Shown: positions 30,766 through 40,749, counted from the first letter of the stretch. The stretch: 57,069 bases of DNA from Sphingobacterium sp. UBA1575 (GCA_002322865.1 DCOH01000010.1:1-57069), one strand, 5' to 3'. The notes: generated from the letters alone by a model not told the origin. Numbers and translations are program-made.

Positions 30766-30839
30766 GGTCTGGTAGTTCAGCTGGTTAGAATACATGCCTG
30801 TCACGCATGGGGTCGCGGGTTCGAGTCCCGTCCAGACCG
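30766..30839 (+). tRNA. tRNA-Asp(GTC), identical second copy, CCA not encoded
   Basis: 74-nt exact repeat of the first copy, followed by CAA. Confidence 0.97.
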
Positions 30840-30844
30840 CAATA

Positions 30845-30877
30845 AAAAGGTCGCATTTATAAAATGCGACCTTTTTT
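30845..30877. terminator. Bidirectional terminator (tRNAs / YjdI-like gene)
   Basis: AAAAAGGTCGCATTT-ATA-AAATGCGACCTTTTTT. Confidence 0.9.
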
Positions 30878-30892
30878 GTTTTAAATCCTTTC

Positions 30893-31120
30893 CTAATCCT
30901 TCGTGAGTTCATAACTCAAAGCACCGGATGGACAATGATTGATCTGATCAATCAATGCTTCCGTGCTGGCAGTTTCTGGTGTGATCCATGGTCTCCCCTT
31001 CGGATCGTAAACCTGCGGCAAAGTCTTTACACATATTCCTGCATGTATACATTTTTCAGGTTTCCAGATAACGGTAATCTCCCCATTGGGATGTGGATAT
31101 CTAATTGTTTTTTCTTCCAT
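30893..31120 (-). CDS. Divergent 4Fe-4S mono-cluster protein (YjdI-like)
   Basis: WKPEKCIHAGICVK...VYDP...PWI...CPSGAL. Confidence 0.88.
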   Translation of the reverse strand: MEEKTIRYPHPNGEITVIWKPEKCIHAGICVKTLPQVYDPKGRPWITPETASTEALIDQINHCPSGALSYELTKD

Positions 31121-31267
31121 AATTGTTTTTCATTAGGATTTGAACATATCGAACAGGTATAAGTATACTTTAAACGTATTTGTACGTAAGATTCTACTGT
31201 TTTAACAATTTTAGTAAAATTATGTTATATTTATGTTACATCTAACCAATCAACTTTAAAACTATTT

Positions 31268-31627
31268 ATGAAAAACTCATCTACCCCAATTGAGCAGCGA
31301 GGCAATAACATGATGGAGGACGGTAAGAATTTTGCCATTATTTCCTACCTGACCGCGATTGGTCTGATCATTGCATTTGTATTGAACAACGAAAAACGGA
31401 ACGATTTCACGACTTATCACATTAGGCAATCCTTGGGGATTTTTCTGAGTATGTTTATTTTTGGGATGCTCAGTTATCTTCCCTTTATCGGTTGGATCAT
31501 CTCCATTTTAGGATTTGTCTTATTGGTAATTCTTTGGATCTCTGGGGTAATGAACGCTGTGAACGGCAATAAAAAACCAGTTCCCATTCTAGGGGAATAT
31601 TTCAACAGCATTTTTTCCGGGATCTGA
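31268..31627 (+). CDS. DUF4870/Tic20-like small membrane protein
   Basis: AIISYL...YHIRQSLG...KPVPILG; start may be 31310. Confidence 0.8.
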   Translation: MKNSSTPIEQRGNNMMEDGKNFAIISYLTAIGLIIAFVLNNEKRNDFTTYHIRQSLGIFLSMFIFGMLSYLPFIGWIISILGFVLLVILWISGVMNAVNGNKKPVPILGEYFNSIFSGI

Positions 31628-31822
31628 TCTGCAATTGAGGTTGTCGTTTTAACTGGTTTGATTCGAACCGAAACCAGGGTGAAAGTAATGTAAAAGTATG
31701 TAATTCCTATGTGGGGCATAAGAAAACATGCTTTAACCATACTAAAACCATAGTTTGACCTCGGATTTAACATGAAAACCTGCTTTTAGCATAAAAAAAT
31801 AGTATTTTAAAATACTATCGAT

Positions 31823-31856
31823 AAACCATATCCAAAAAGATATGGTTTCTTTTTTT
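31823..31856 (+). terminator. Intrinsic terminator in intergenic region
   Basis: AAACCATATC-CAAAAA-GATATGGTTT then CTTTTTTT. Confidence 0.7.
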
Positions 31857-31987
31857 AAATAATTTATAAGGATTAGAAGACGTTATTGTTATTACATAAA
31901 AATTCTTTTACGTTTGGGAAAGAATTCATAATAATTTCAATTTTTTGATTATTATGGGTTACTATTTGAAAATAAGGGTATTAATTA

Positions 31988-32584
31988 GTGAGTAAAATCA
32001 GAAAGATATTAGTAAAGACGCGCACGGACATGGAATTGTTGGAAGGGATGCGTAAAGGGGAGAATTCGGCGATTGCTGATATCTATAAATCCTGTTACCC
32101 ATCTGTGTCGCACATGATCCTGAACAACAAGGGCACGGAGGATGAGGCAAAGGATATCTTTCAGGAAGCAATGATCGTATTGTATGATAAGATTACTCAA
32201 GATGAAAGTTTTGAGCTGAGCAGCAAACTAAACACGTTCTTATATGCGATTTGTAGGCGGTTGTGGTTAAAACAGCTGAATCGACGGAATCTTTCCCTGG
32301 ACAGTATAGACCAGGAGAACTTGGATATTCCGGATATGGATTCAGCCTTGGAGAGCCATGAAGCCGAAGAAGTAAAATTCAATCAGATGGAAGCCGCCAT
32401 GGCCAACTTAGGGGAGCCATGCGCCAGCATCCTGAAAGAATTCTACATCAAGAAAAAATCCATGCAGGAAATTTGTGATCAATTGGGATACACAAATGCT
32501 GACAATGCGAAGAACCAAAAATACAAGTGTTTACAACGGTTGAAAAAATTATTTTTTGACCAATGGGTAAAGGATGAAAGATAA
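31988..32584 (+). CDS. ECF sigma-70 factor
   Basis: Region 2 AKDIFQEAMIVLY...FLYAICRRLW; region 4 LGEPC...SMQEI..LGY...NQKYKCLQRLKK; GTG start. Confidence 0.9.
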   Translation: MSKIRKILVKTRTDMELLEGMRKGENSAIADIYKSCYPSVSHMILNNKGTEDEAKDIFQEAMIVLYDKITQDESFELSSKLNTFLYAICRRLWLKQLNRRNLSLDSIDQENLDIPDMDSALESHEAEEVKFNQMEAAMANLGEPCASILKEFYIKKKSMQEICDQLGYTNADNAKNQKYKCLQRLKKLFFDQWVKDER

Positions 32585-33656
32585 CATGAATCAAACAGAA
32601 TTTTTAACATTAGCAGACCGATACCTTGGCGGCGAGATGACCGCAAAGGAGCGATTGGAATTCGAAAGCCTTTGCCGTGAGGATGCTGAATGGAATTCAC
32701 AATTTCTTTCGCATAAGGAATTTGTATCGGATATGCGTAAGCATGAAAACCGAAAAGAATTTATCGCTACACTGGATCAGGTGGTGAAGAATACCTCCAC
32801 AGAGCCGATTGTGTTAAGAATGTGGCGAAAACTAAAGATCAATGCTGTTGCAGCTGCGGCTGTTGCTGTCATTTCGTCTTTAGCGACGCTCTATTTAACC
32901 GGATACTTCTCGACGATACGCAAGACCACTACAGAATACAGCGCGCTTAAACGCGAGATAAACAATGTAAAGCGCAATGTCAATGCTCACCATAATGCAA
33001 TCCGTAATATCAACAGCAAAGAAAACCCTGCCCCTACCCCTTTACAGTTTGGTGCAACGGGATTCATGTTGACGAAAGATGGATATGTGGTGACCAACTT
33101 CCACGTGGTAAATGGAGCTGATTCCATCCACCTTCAGAACAACAAAGGCGAAATTTACCGAGCTGCTGTCATCCATGTGGATGAGGAGAAAGACTTGGCA
33201 ATCCTTCATATTTCGGATACCAGTTTCAATATGAGCCAAAACATCCCTTATACGTTCAAGCGTCAAGGCTTGGATCTGGGCGAAGGTATTTTCACGATTG
33301 GATATCCTAGGGATGAAGCGGTGTATGGCGAAGGTTATTTGAGTTCCTCCACCGGGTATAGTGGTGATACGACCGCTTATCAGATCTCGGTACCTGTAAA
33401 CCCTGGAAACAGTGGTGGTCCGGTATTGGATAAACAAGGAAATGTTATCGGTATTATCTCCGGAAAACAAAAAGGTATTGATGGCGCCGCTTTTGCCATT
33501 AAGACCAAAGCGCTGATCGAAACCCTGAACAGAATCCCTAAGGATTCCCTAAAAGGTAATATCGTGCTGAGCAGTAAAAACAGCCTATCAAATCTACCTC
33601 GCACCGAGCAGATCAAAAAGTTGCAGGACTTTATCTACATGGTGAAGGTATATTAA
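32574..33656 (+). CDS. Anti-sigma-like N-terminus, TM and trypsin-like (S1) serine protease
   Basis: DRYLGGEMT..ER..FE N-terminus, Ala-rich TM, then TNFHVV, DLAIL, GNSGGP triad; no PDZ. Confidence 0.85.
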   Translation: MKDNMNQTEFLTLADRYLGGEMTAKERLEFESLCREDAEWNSQFLSHKEFVSDMRKHENRKEFIATLDQVVKNTSTEPIVLRMWRKLKINAVAAAAVAVISSLATLYLTGYFSTIRKTTTEYSALKREINNVKRNVNAHHNAIRNINSKENPAPTPLQFGATGFMLTKDGYVVTNFHVVNGADSIHLQNNKGEIYRAAVIHVDEEKDLAILHISDTSFNMSQNIPYTFKRQGLDLGEGIFTIGYPRDEAVYGEGYLSSSTGYSGDTTAYQISVPVNPGNSGGPVLDKQGNVIGIISGKQKGIDGAAFAIKTKALIETLNRIPKDSLKGNIVLSSKNSLSNLPRTEQIKKLQDFIYMVKVY

Positions 33657-33680
33657 ACAATAACAAGACTTATGTATGTT

Positions 33681-33715
33681 AAAAAGGTTTTGCCAGTGGC
33701 AAAACCTTTTTTTTT
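33681..33715. terminator. Bidirectional terminator
   Basis: AAAAAGGTTTTGCC-AGT-GGCAAAACCTTTTTTTT. Confidence 0.88.
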
Positions 33716-33772
33716 AGGGTATTTAATAATTACCCGAAATAAATAGTTGATCTATTTATTGGGTTGAGGGAT

Positions 33773-34408
33773 TTATTTATTGGGTTGAGGAGTTGTTCTC
33801 AAATACGGTTTGATCTCGGTATAACCTTTCGGGAATTTACCTGGGATATCTTCCGTCTTAATAGCCGGTACCACGATCACATCCTGTCCATCCTCCCAGT
33901 TCGCTGGAGTTGCCACCTGATATTCATCTGTTAACTGCAAAGAATCGATGACACGAAGGATCTCGATGAAGTTACGACCGGTAGAAGCTGGATAGGTTAA
34001 CGTTAATTTGACCTTTTTGTCCGGTCCGATTACAAATACGGAGCGAACAGTAGCTGTTGCCGAGGCATTCGGGTGAATCATATCGTATAATTCTGCCACC
34101 TTACGGTCTTCATCAGCAATAATAGGGAAATCTACATTGGTGGATTGGGTTTCATTGATATCTTTGATCCATTCCAAATGTTCCGGAACGGAATCCACAC
34201 TTAATGCCAATACCTTCACATTTCGCTTATCAAATTCTTCTTTTAATTTGGCGGTCATGCCCAGCTCGGTGGTACATACCGGGGTAAAGTCTGCAGGATG
34301 CGAGTATAATACGGCCCATTTCCCATCGATATAATCGTAGAAATCAATATCTCCAATAGATGTCTTTGCCTGGAAGTTTGGCGCTGTGTCTCCTAATCTT
34401 AAGCTCAT
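33773..34408 (-). CDS. 1-Cys peroxiredoxin (Prx6)
   Basis: SHPADFTPVCTTE, YPASTGRN, ATPANW. Confidence 0.95.
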   Translation of the reverse strand: MSLRLGDTAPNFQAKTSIGDIDFYDYIDGKWAVLYSHPADFTPVCTTELGMTAKLKEEFDKRNVKVLALSVDSVPEHLEWIKDINETQSTNVDFPIIADEDRKVAELYDMIHPNASATATVRSVFVIGPDKKVKLTLTYPASTGRNFIEILRVIDSLQLTDEYQVATPANWEDGQDVIVVPAIKTEDIPGKFPKGYTEIKPYLRTTPQPNK

Positions 34409-34652
34409 ATAATTAATATTTTAATTGTTTTACTTTTAACGTTTAAATCGTTTCTCATAATACTCTACCAATATAGTAGTATTTATTTTTAATTCCAAAA
34501 TTCTAGTATTGTATGATGGTCAATATTTTGTAAATTAAAACTATCTACTTAACAACTAGCTCTTTCATAAAGTTTTGAGAAAAGTTAAAGATGACAAATG
34601 TTGGAGTTCAGGAGGAGCTATGTGAAGGAGAAAGGATAAAATTGATCGGATT

Positions 34653-34688
34653 ATTATTATGCTTGCATAGTAATATTATGTATATTTG
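34653..34688 (+). promoter_or_regulatory. Palindromic operator plus -7 element upstream of acyl-CoA dehydrogenase
   Basis: ATTATTATGC-TT-GCATAGTAAT (1 mismatch), then TATATTTG at 34681-34688. Confidence 0.6.
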
Positions 34689-34711
34689 GGTATACCATAT
34701 AAACAAACGAT

Positions 34712-35851
34712 ATGAATTTTGAACTATCCGAAGAGCATAAAATGATTCGTGATGCCGCTCGCGAATTTGCACAGGAACTAAAAGCAGGGGTAATTGAAAG
34801 AGATGAAGCGGCGAAATTCCCCTACGATTTTGTAAAACAGATGGGTTCCCTGGGCTTTATGGGGATCATGGTCCCGGAAGCTTATGGCGGCGCAGGAATG
34901 GACACCTTGGCCTATGTACTGGCGTTGGAAGAGATCGCAAAGATCGATGCTTCTGCAGCAGTGATCATGTCGGCGCATAATTCGTTGGTATGTTATGGAT
35001 TGAATGAATACGGCTCGGAAGAGCAGAAACAGAAATATTTGAAGCCCTTGGCTTCTGGGGAGAAATTGGGTGCCTTTGCGCTTTCCGAGCCAGAGGCTGG
35101 ATCGGATGCGTCCTCGCAACATACCATGGCGGAGGATAAGGGTGATCATTACCTCTTGAACGGCACCAAAAACTGGATTACGAATGGTGGGAATGCGGAT
35201 ATCTACTTGGTTATTGCGCAGACTGATCCCGAGAAAGGACATCGGGGTATTAATGTCTTGATCGTTGAAAAGGGAATGAAGGGATTCAGTATTGGTCCTA
35301 AAGAGAATAAATTGGGTATCAGAAGCTCGGATACGCATTCCTTGATGTTTTCTGATGTGCGGGTGCCAAAGGAGAACCGGATTGGGGAGGATGGGTTTGG
35401 TTTCAAATTCGCCATGAAGACCTTGGATGGTGGAAGGATTGGGATTGCGGCACAGGCCTTGGGTATTGCTGCTGGGGCTTATGATCTGGCTCTGGCCTAT
35501 TCCAAGGAAAGAAAGACCTTTGGCAAGCCGATCTCCAACCATCAAGCGATACAGTTTAAATTAGCGGATATGGAGGTGGATATTGAAGCGGCCAGATTGT
35601 TGACTTATAAGGCTGCCTGGACGAAGGATCAGGGTTTAGCGTATGGAAAGGTGGCGGCCATGGCGAAATTGCATGCATCGGAAGTGGCGATGAAGCATAC
35701 CGTGGAGGCCGTGCAGATTCATGGTGGTTATGGGTATGTGAAGGAGTATCATGTGGAAAGGTTGATGCGGGATGCGAAGATTACGCAGATCTATGAGGGG
35801 ACTTCGGAGATACAAAGGTTGGTTATTGCTAGGGAGGTGTTGAAGGATTAG
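34712..35851 (+). CDS. Acyl-CoA dehydrogenase (short/branched-chain type)
   Basis: [47 protein letters not shown]. Confidence 0.95.
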   Translation: MNFELSEEHKMIRDAAREFAQELKAGVIERDEAAKFPYDFVKQMGSLGFMGIMVPEAYGGAGMDTLAYVLALEEIAKIDASAAVIMSAHNSLVCYGLNEYGSEEQKQKYLKPLASGEKLGAFALSEPEAGSDASSQHTMAEDKGDHYLLNGTKNWITNGGNADIYLVIAQTDPEKGHRGINVLIVEKGMKGFSIGPKENKLGIRSSDTHSLMFSDVRVPKENRIGEDGFGFKFAMKTLDGGRIGIAAQALGIAAGAYDLALAYSKERKTFGKPISNHQAIQFKLADMEVDIEAARLLTYKAAWTKDQGLAYGKVAAMAKLHASEVAMKHTVEAVQIHGGYGYVKEYHVERLMRDAKITQIYEGTSEIQRLVIAREVLKD

Positions 35852-35869
35852 GGGGGTGGAATAAAGTAC

Positions 35870-35903
35870 AAAAAAGGCTCCTGAAAAAAAATCAGGAGCC
35901 TTT
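35870..35903. terminator. Terminator between convergent acyl-CoA dehydrogenase and susD
   Basis: AAAAAAGGCTCCTGA-A-rich loop-TCAGGAGCCTTT. Confidence 0.85.
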
Positions 35904-35926
35904 AAATATTTATATTAATTAATAAA

Positions 35927-37432
35927 TTACCAACCGGTATTTTGAATAATATTAGGATTTATTGTCCTATCTCGAGAAGGAATTCCCCAAGTAAATTTAG
36001 GATCATTAGCATCCACCTTTTTCTGATCAAAATCTGCACCCTTTTGAATAAACGCTGGATTTTGAGGATCATGTCTCTGGAAACCTAATTTCCATCTTCT
36101 TAAATCATCCAATCTAAATCCTTCAAATGCTAATTCACGGGTCCGCTCTGCCTTAAATTCTTCCCACAAAGCATTTCCTGAAACACCAACTAAAGCTGTT
36201 AAACCTCTAGCAACACGAATAGCATTAATATGCGACAATGCAGCAGCTTCATTCGGAGTAGATGACTTTAAAGCGCCTTCAGCAGCAATCATATACATTT
36301 CTGCAATTCTGAAAATTTTCTGTCTGTGCACATAATTAGTTGCATTAGTGGTAAAATAGGCTGGATTTCCTGGATATTTATTAACCATTTGGCCATTAGT
36401 ATATAGGACACCACCTAGTTGCATCGTTCCACCTCTAAAATATGCCGCTTTTCTAAAATCACCAGTCGAATAAGAATCAATTACCCATTGCGTTGGAATA
36501 AAATCGGGCATAAAACGGCCATTGGCTGCTTGAAAACCTAAATAAATACTATTTACAGGAGGCAATTCATCAGGCTTATTTACTGCAGTCAATAAAATAT
36601 CTTCTGCAGATTGATCAGTATGCCACATATTTTTAACCCCATCTGCAGTTGTATATAATTTATACTTAGCTCCTGAAATTAACGATTCCGCAGCAAGTTT
36701 TGCACCAGCATAATCTTGCATGTACAACTTAACACGGGCTTCAAGTGCCGTTACAGCATCAATTGTAAATTTATTTGATCCAGCTGCTCCATTAACTTTA
36801 GCTAATTTAGTTTTGGCCTCTGCGATATCTAATAAGATTTGATCATAAACTTGTTTAACAGTACTTCTAGCGGGAAGTGCAGAAAAATCAGTTTCACTAG
36901 CTTCTAATACTAATGGTACTCCTAAGTCTGTCGCAGCAGTTGCAGGATCATACATTTTAGCATATCTAGTTACTAAATTGTGGTAATAAAAAGCACGAGC
37001 TAAATGAGCATCGCCCTTATAAATATCTAATTTATCTTTTTCAGCATCATTAGCTGGTACAATATCTTCAAATTTAATAATCATTAAATTTAAGTTGTAT
37101 AGAGCAGAATAATAATTCGCCCACACATCTCTAATGGTATAATCATCGTCTAAAAAGGTACTCCAACGATGTGGATTACCATTTCTATTCCCATATTCTA
37201 GCGTTGCATTCAACTGATCAGCCTGAACATCTGTACTAAATTGATAAATGTTTGAATTCCGACTCCTTAATTGTGCATAAATATAATTATCCCAATAACT
37301 TGCATGCGTAACTGTTTCAAATCCAAATCTTGTTTCCAAAGTCCCTTCAGGGATTCTTTCGATATCACAAGATGTTGTAGCTGCTGTTAAAATTCCTGCA
37401 GCAAAGAGCATCTTTATATATTTTAATTTCAT
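35927..37432 (-). CDS. RagB/SusD-family lipoprotein
   Basis: Lipobox TTSC; RAFYY, GVPL, FRIAEMY, ERTRELAFEGFR.DDLRR, NP..QN.GW. Confidence 0.93.
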   Translation of the reverse strand: MKLKYIKMLFAAGILTAATTSCDIERIPEGTLETRFGFETVTHASYWDNYIYAQLRSRNSNIYQFSTDVQADQLNATLEYGNRNGNPHRWSTFLDDDYTIRDVWANYYSALYNLNLMIIKFEDIVPANDAEKDKLDIYKGDAHLARAFYYHNLVTRYAKMYDPATAATDLGVPLVLEASETDFSALPARSTVKQVYDQILLDIAEAKTKLAKVNGAAGSNKFTIDAVTALEARVKLYMQDYAGAKLAAESLISGAKYKLYTTADGVKNMWHTDQSAEDILLTAVNKPDELPPVNSIYLGFQAANGRFMPDFIPTQWVIDSYSTGDFRKAAYFRGGTMQLGGVLYTNGQMVNKYPGNPAYFTTNATNYVHRQKIFRIAEMYMIAAEGALKSSTPNEAAALSHINAIRVARGLTALVGVSGNALWEEFKAERTRELAFEGFRLDDLRRWKLGFQRHDPQNPAFIQKGADFDQKKVDANDPKFTWGIPSRDRTINPNIIQNTGW

Positions 37433-37443
37433 AGTAATCTAAT

Positions 37444-40398
37444 TTAAAACTGAATTTCAAGACCAAATGTTGATTGTTTAGTGTTAGGGTTGATACCTAA
37501 TGCTAAATTAGAGTCTACCTCTGGATCTGGACCTAAGTATTTAGTAACTGTAAATACATTCCTACCTGTATAGAAAACTCTAGCACCTTTAAAGAAATTA
37601 GTTCTTCCTAAAATGGATCTAGGTAAATTATAAGCAAGAGTAAGTGTTTTTAACCTTAGGAAAGAAGCATCTTCCAAAAGACTCGTATCAAACTGATTAA
37701 TGGTTCCCCATTTAGCAAATTGAGTCTGATCGCCAGGTTTCTTCCAATAATCTAATACATCACGTGATTGATTGAAAGAACTGAAATTATAAGGGTTTTC
37801 ATAAAAATAACGATCATTATTAATTAGATATTTACCTTTTGAGAACGCAAAATTAGCAGTTAAAGTAAAACCTTTATAACCAGCATCTAATCCAAAACCG
37901 CCGTTGTGAGGTGGATATCTTCTTAAACCTGTATTTTGTTGTAATGCCGCCGCACTAAAGGAGCTTGTAACTTTAGATGGATCCTGAGTGTTTACCATTG
38001 GATCTTCACCTGGAACATACCATTGATTTAAACCAGTTTCAGGATTAACTCCGGCATGAATAGGATAGAAAAACATAACTGGTTGACCAACTACCCATGT
38101 TACTCCTGTATTTGGCACATTCCAATAATCTTTGCCTTGGAATAATTCTGTTACTTTATCGGTATTATAATTGTAAGAAATATAAGGTGTTATAAATAAC
38201 CCATTATCCCAATTAAATCTATAAGATGCAGATATATCTACTCCTTTATTATTCAAAGAACCTACATTGTTATAAATATCTGACCAACCTGTAGTATATG
38301 CATAAGGGACTAGAACTAACATATCTTTTGTAGTTCTATTATAATATTCTACACCTAAATCAAATTTATTGAATAACTCAGCATTGACACCTACCGAAAA
38401 CATAGCTTGCTTTTCCCAACCTAGAGAAGGATTACCTGGTTGAGACATTCCCCAAGCATTTGCTCCATTATAAATAGAAGTTCCTGCAAGTGCTAAGTGG
38501 CGATAATTACCAATTTCAGCATTACCAGTTGTTCCGTAACTAGCACGTAGTTTTAAGCCAGATAACCAATCAGTATTGGATAAGAAATCTTCTTGTTTCA
38601 TATCCCACATTCCACCTACTGAGTAAAACAAAGCCGCATCTTTATCTCTACCAAACCTTGATGAACGATCTTGACGTACGGTTACATCAAAATAATATTT
38701 GGAAGCAAAATTATAGCTTGCACGACCGAAAAACGAACTAAATGCATATGCATCAGCACTCTGAGAAACTGAACGATTTGAAGGGCCAGCACCTAACAAA
38801 ATCAATTTATCGTCAACTTGCCCAGTCGAACTTGCTCCAAAAGCACTATAATTAGAATTTACATATTCTTGTCCTGCAAGAACCTTAAAATTATGTATTT
38901 CCTCTAAATTGAATGCATATTCTAATGTATTGGTCCACGTAGTTAATGTAGAACCAACATACCCTTCCTCTGTTGAACCATTGTTCAAACTTGAAACATA
39001 TGATGGAAGTCTATTTGTAGTTTGTCTTCTAATATAGTGGTCTAAACCTATCTGGGATCTAAAGGTTAAACCCTCAATAGGCTGAATTTGTAAATATCCT
39101 GTCGGATTGAATGATTGCCTTTTAAAAATACTTGGTTGTTTATCCGCTAAATATTTTGGTGATAAACGACCTAGACCAGGAATTGTTACGCCATAATATT
39201 CATTTCCATCCGCATCATATGGGGTATAAAATGAAGGTGCTAAAAGAGCTAAACCTCCGTTTGTGTTATTAGACCCCCAACCATTTGATTCTCTAGTATC
39301 ATATCCACCTGCTAAATTTAACCCAATTCTTAGCCAATCATTTAATCTGGAATCAATATTTGCTCTAACTGTAGCACGATCATAACCTGATCTATACATT
39401 AAACCCTCTTGGTCAAAATAACTTCCTGAAATAAAATAAGTAGTTTTCGGTGATCCTCCTGAAATATTCAAATCGTATTGTTGAACTGGTCTGTCCTCTT
39501 TATAGTAATATCTAAACCAATCAAAATCATTTGGATAATCTTTTCGCAACTGATCGATTTGAGCTTGAGATCTGTTTCCAGTTTCTAACCAAAAATTTAA
39601 TAGCTCATCTGCACTCATCATATTTTCCTGCATTTTAGTTTGTGCAAGATTTGATACACCTGCTTGAGCTGAGAGTGTAATTGTGGCTGATTCGCCTGAA
39701 ACACCTTTTCTTGTTGTAAAATAAATTACACCATTTGCAGCACGTGATCCGTAAATTGAAGTTGCTGATGCATCCTTCAATACAGTAATACTTTCAAAAT
39801 CTGCAGGGTTCATTGAAACAATTGAACTTTGTTCTACTGGTACTCCATCTACAACCAACAAAGGAGTAGAACTCGCTCCTAAGGAGCCTACACCTCTTAA
39901 ACGGATACTCTGAGTAGCCGAAGGCTCTCCACTCCCTGTGAAAACTTGTAATCCAGGGACTTTACCTTGCATAGATTCTAGCATATTAGCTGTTGGTCTA
40001 TTTTTAATGTCCTTGCTACTAACCTTAGCAACCGATCCAACTACAGTTGATAAATTAGTTCCAGTACCATATCCGACAACTACCACCTCATCAATAGCGC
40101 CTTCCTCTGGCTCCAATTGAATGTTAATAATGTTAGAAGTACCTACTTTAACAGTTCTCTCTACAAAACCAACATATTTAAATACTAATGTAGCTCCATC
40201 TGATACTTGAATAGAATAAGTACCATCACTACCTGTTTGAGTTCCAGAATTTGTTCCCTGCACTAATACAGATACACTCTGGATAGGTTTACCATCAGCT
40301 TGAGAAATGACTTTCCCACTCACCTGACGATTCTGCGCATGTGCCAGCCCAATAAATAGGGAGCACAACAGCATAAAACTGAGTAATTTTTGTTTCAT
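37444..40398 (-). CDS. SusC/RagA TonB-dependent transporter
   Basis: N-terminal extension, EVVVVGYG, VLKDASATSIYGSRAANGVI plug motif, C-terminal Phe. Confidence 0.96.
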   Translation of the reverse strand: MKQKLLSFMLLCSLFIGLAHAQNRQVSGKVISQADGKPIQSVSVLVQGTNSGTQTGSDGTYSIQVSDGATLVFKYVGFVERTVKVGTSNIINIQLEPEEGAIDEVVVVGYGTGTNLSTVVGSVAKVSSKDIKNRPTANMLESMQGKVPGLQVFTGSGEPSATQSIRLRGVGSLGASSTPLLVVDGVPVEQSSIVSMNPADFESITVLKDASATSIYGSRAANGVIYFTTRKGVSGESATITLSAQAGVSNLAQTKMQENMMSADELLNFWLETGNRSQAQIDQLRKDYPNDFDWFRYYYKEDRPVQQYDLNISGGSPKTTYFISGSYFDQEGLMYRSGYDRATVRANIDSRLNDWLRIGLNLAGGYDTRESNGWGSNNTNGGLALLAPSFYTPYDADGNEYYGVTIPGLGRLSPKYLADKQPSIFKRQSFNPTGYLQIQPIEGLTFRSQIGLDHYIRRQTTNRLPSYVSSLNNGSTEEGYVGSTLTTWTNTLEYAFNLEEIHNFKVLAGQEYVNSNYSAFGASSTGQVDDKLILLGAGPSNRSVSQSADAYAFSSFFGRASYNFASKYYFDVTVRQDRSSRFGRDKDAALFYSVGGMWDMKQEDFLSNTDWLSGLKLRASYGTTGNAEIGNYRHLALAGTSIYNGANAWGMSQPGNPSLGWEKQAMFSVGVNAELFNKFDLGVEYYNRTTKDMLVLVPYAYTTGWSDIYNNVGSLNNKGVDISASYRFNWDNGLFITPYISYNYNTDKVTELFQGKDYWNVPNTGVTWVVGQPVMFFYPIHAGVNPETGLNQWYVPGEDPMVNTQDPSKVTSSFSAAALQQNTGLRRYPPHNGGFGLDAGYKGFTLTANFAFSKGKYLINNDRYFYENPYNFSSFNQSRDVLDYWKKPGDQTQFAKWGTINQFDTSLLEDASFLRLKTLTLAYNLPRSILGRTNFFKGARVFYTGRNVFTVTKYLGPDPEVDSNLALGINPNTKQSTFGLEIQF

Positions 40399-40717
40399 AA
40401 ATAATTGTTTGAGTTTGTTAAATAATTGCCTTTTTGTTTAGTCGGATTGGTTAAGCCTGACTTATCATAATTAGCATAATTTCCACATTTCAAACATAAA
40501 GGTTTTTTTTAACAAACGCTTAACAATTCTTTATAACTTTTAATAATCTCTCACTTTTTTATTAAAAACATAGTTTCAATTGGGTTTCTTTGTTATTTTC
40601 TTTAATATTATGACAATATATTGATAAAAAAATTATCACATATCTCACAGTTTGTAAAATTTTTGGCTGATTTAAATAATAATATTTCAAATTATTAAGG
40701 TTTTATCGAATATTAAC

Positions 40718-40749
40718 AAAAAAAATAACCTCGATTTCTCGAGGTTATT
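40718..40749 (-). terminator. Terminator of the proBA-hypothetical operon
   Basis: AATAACCTCGA-TTTC-TCGAGGTTATT with A run on the left (U run on the minus strand). Confidence 0.8.

Noticed and set aside
30682..30912. 76-aa minus-strand ORF
   Set aside because: Antisense translation of the tRNA genes
30647..31987. Genomic island integrated at tRNA-Asp
   Set aside because: No integrase and no partial tRNA 3' duplication; the second copy is a full tRNA followed by a terminator
34778..35545. 255-aa antisense ORF
   Set aside because: Shadow frame of acyl-CoA dehydrogenase with no recognisable motifs
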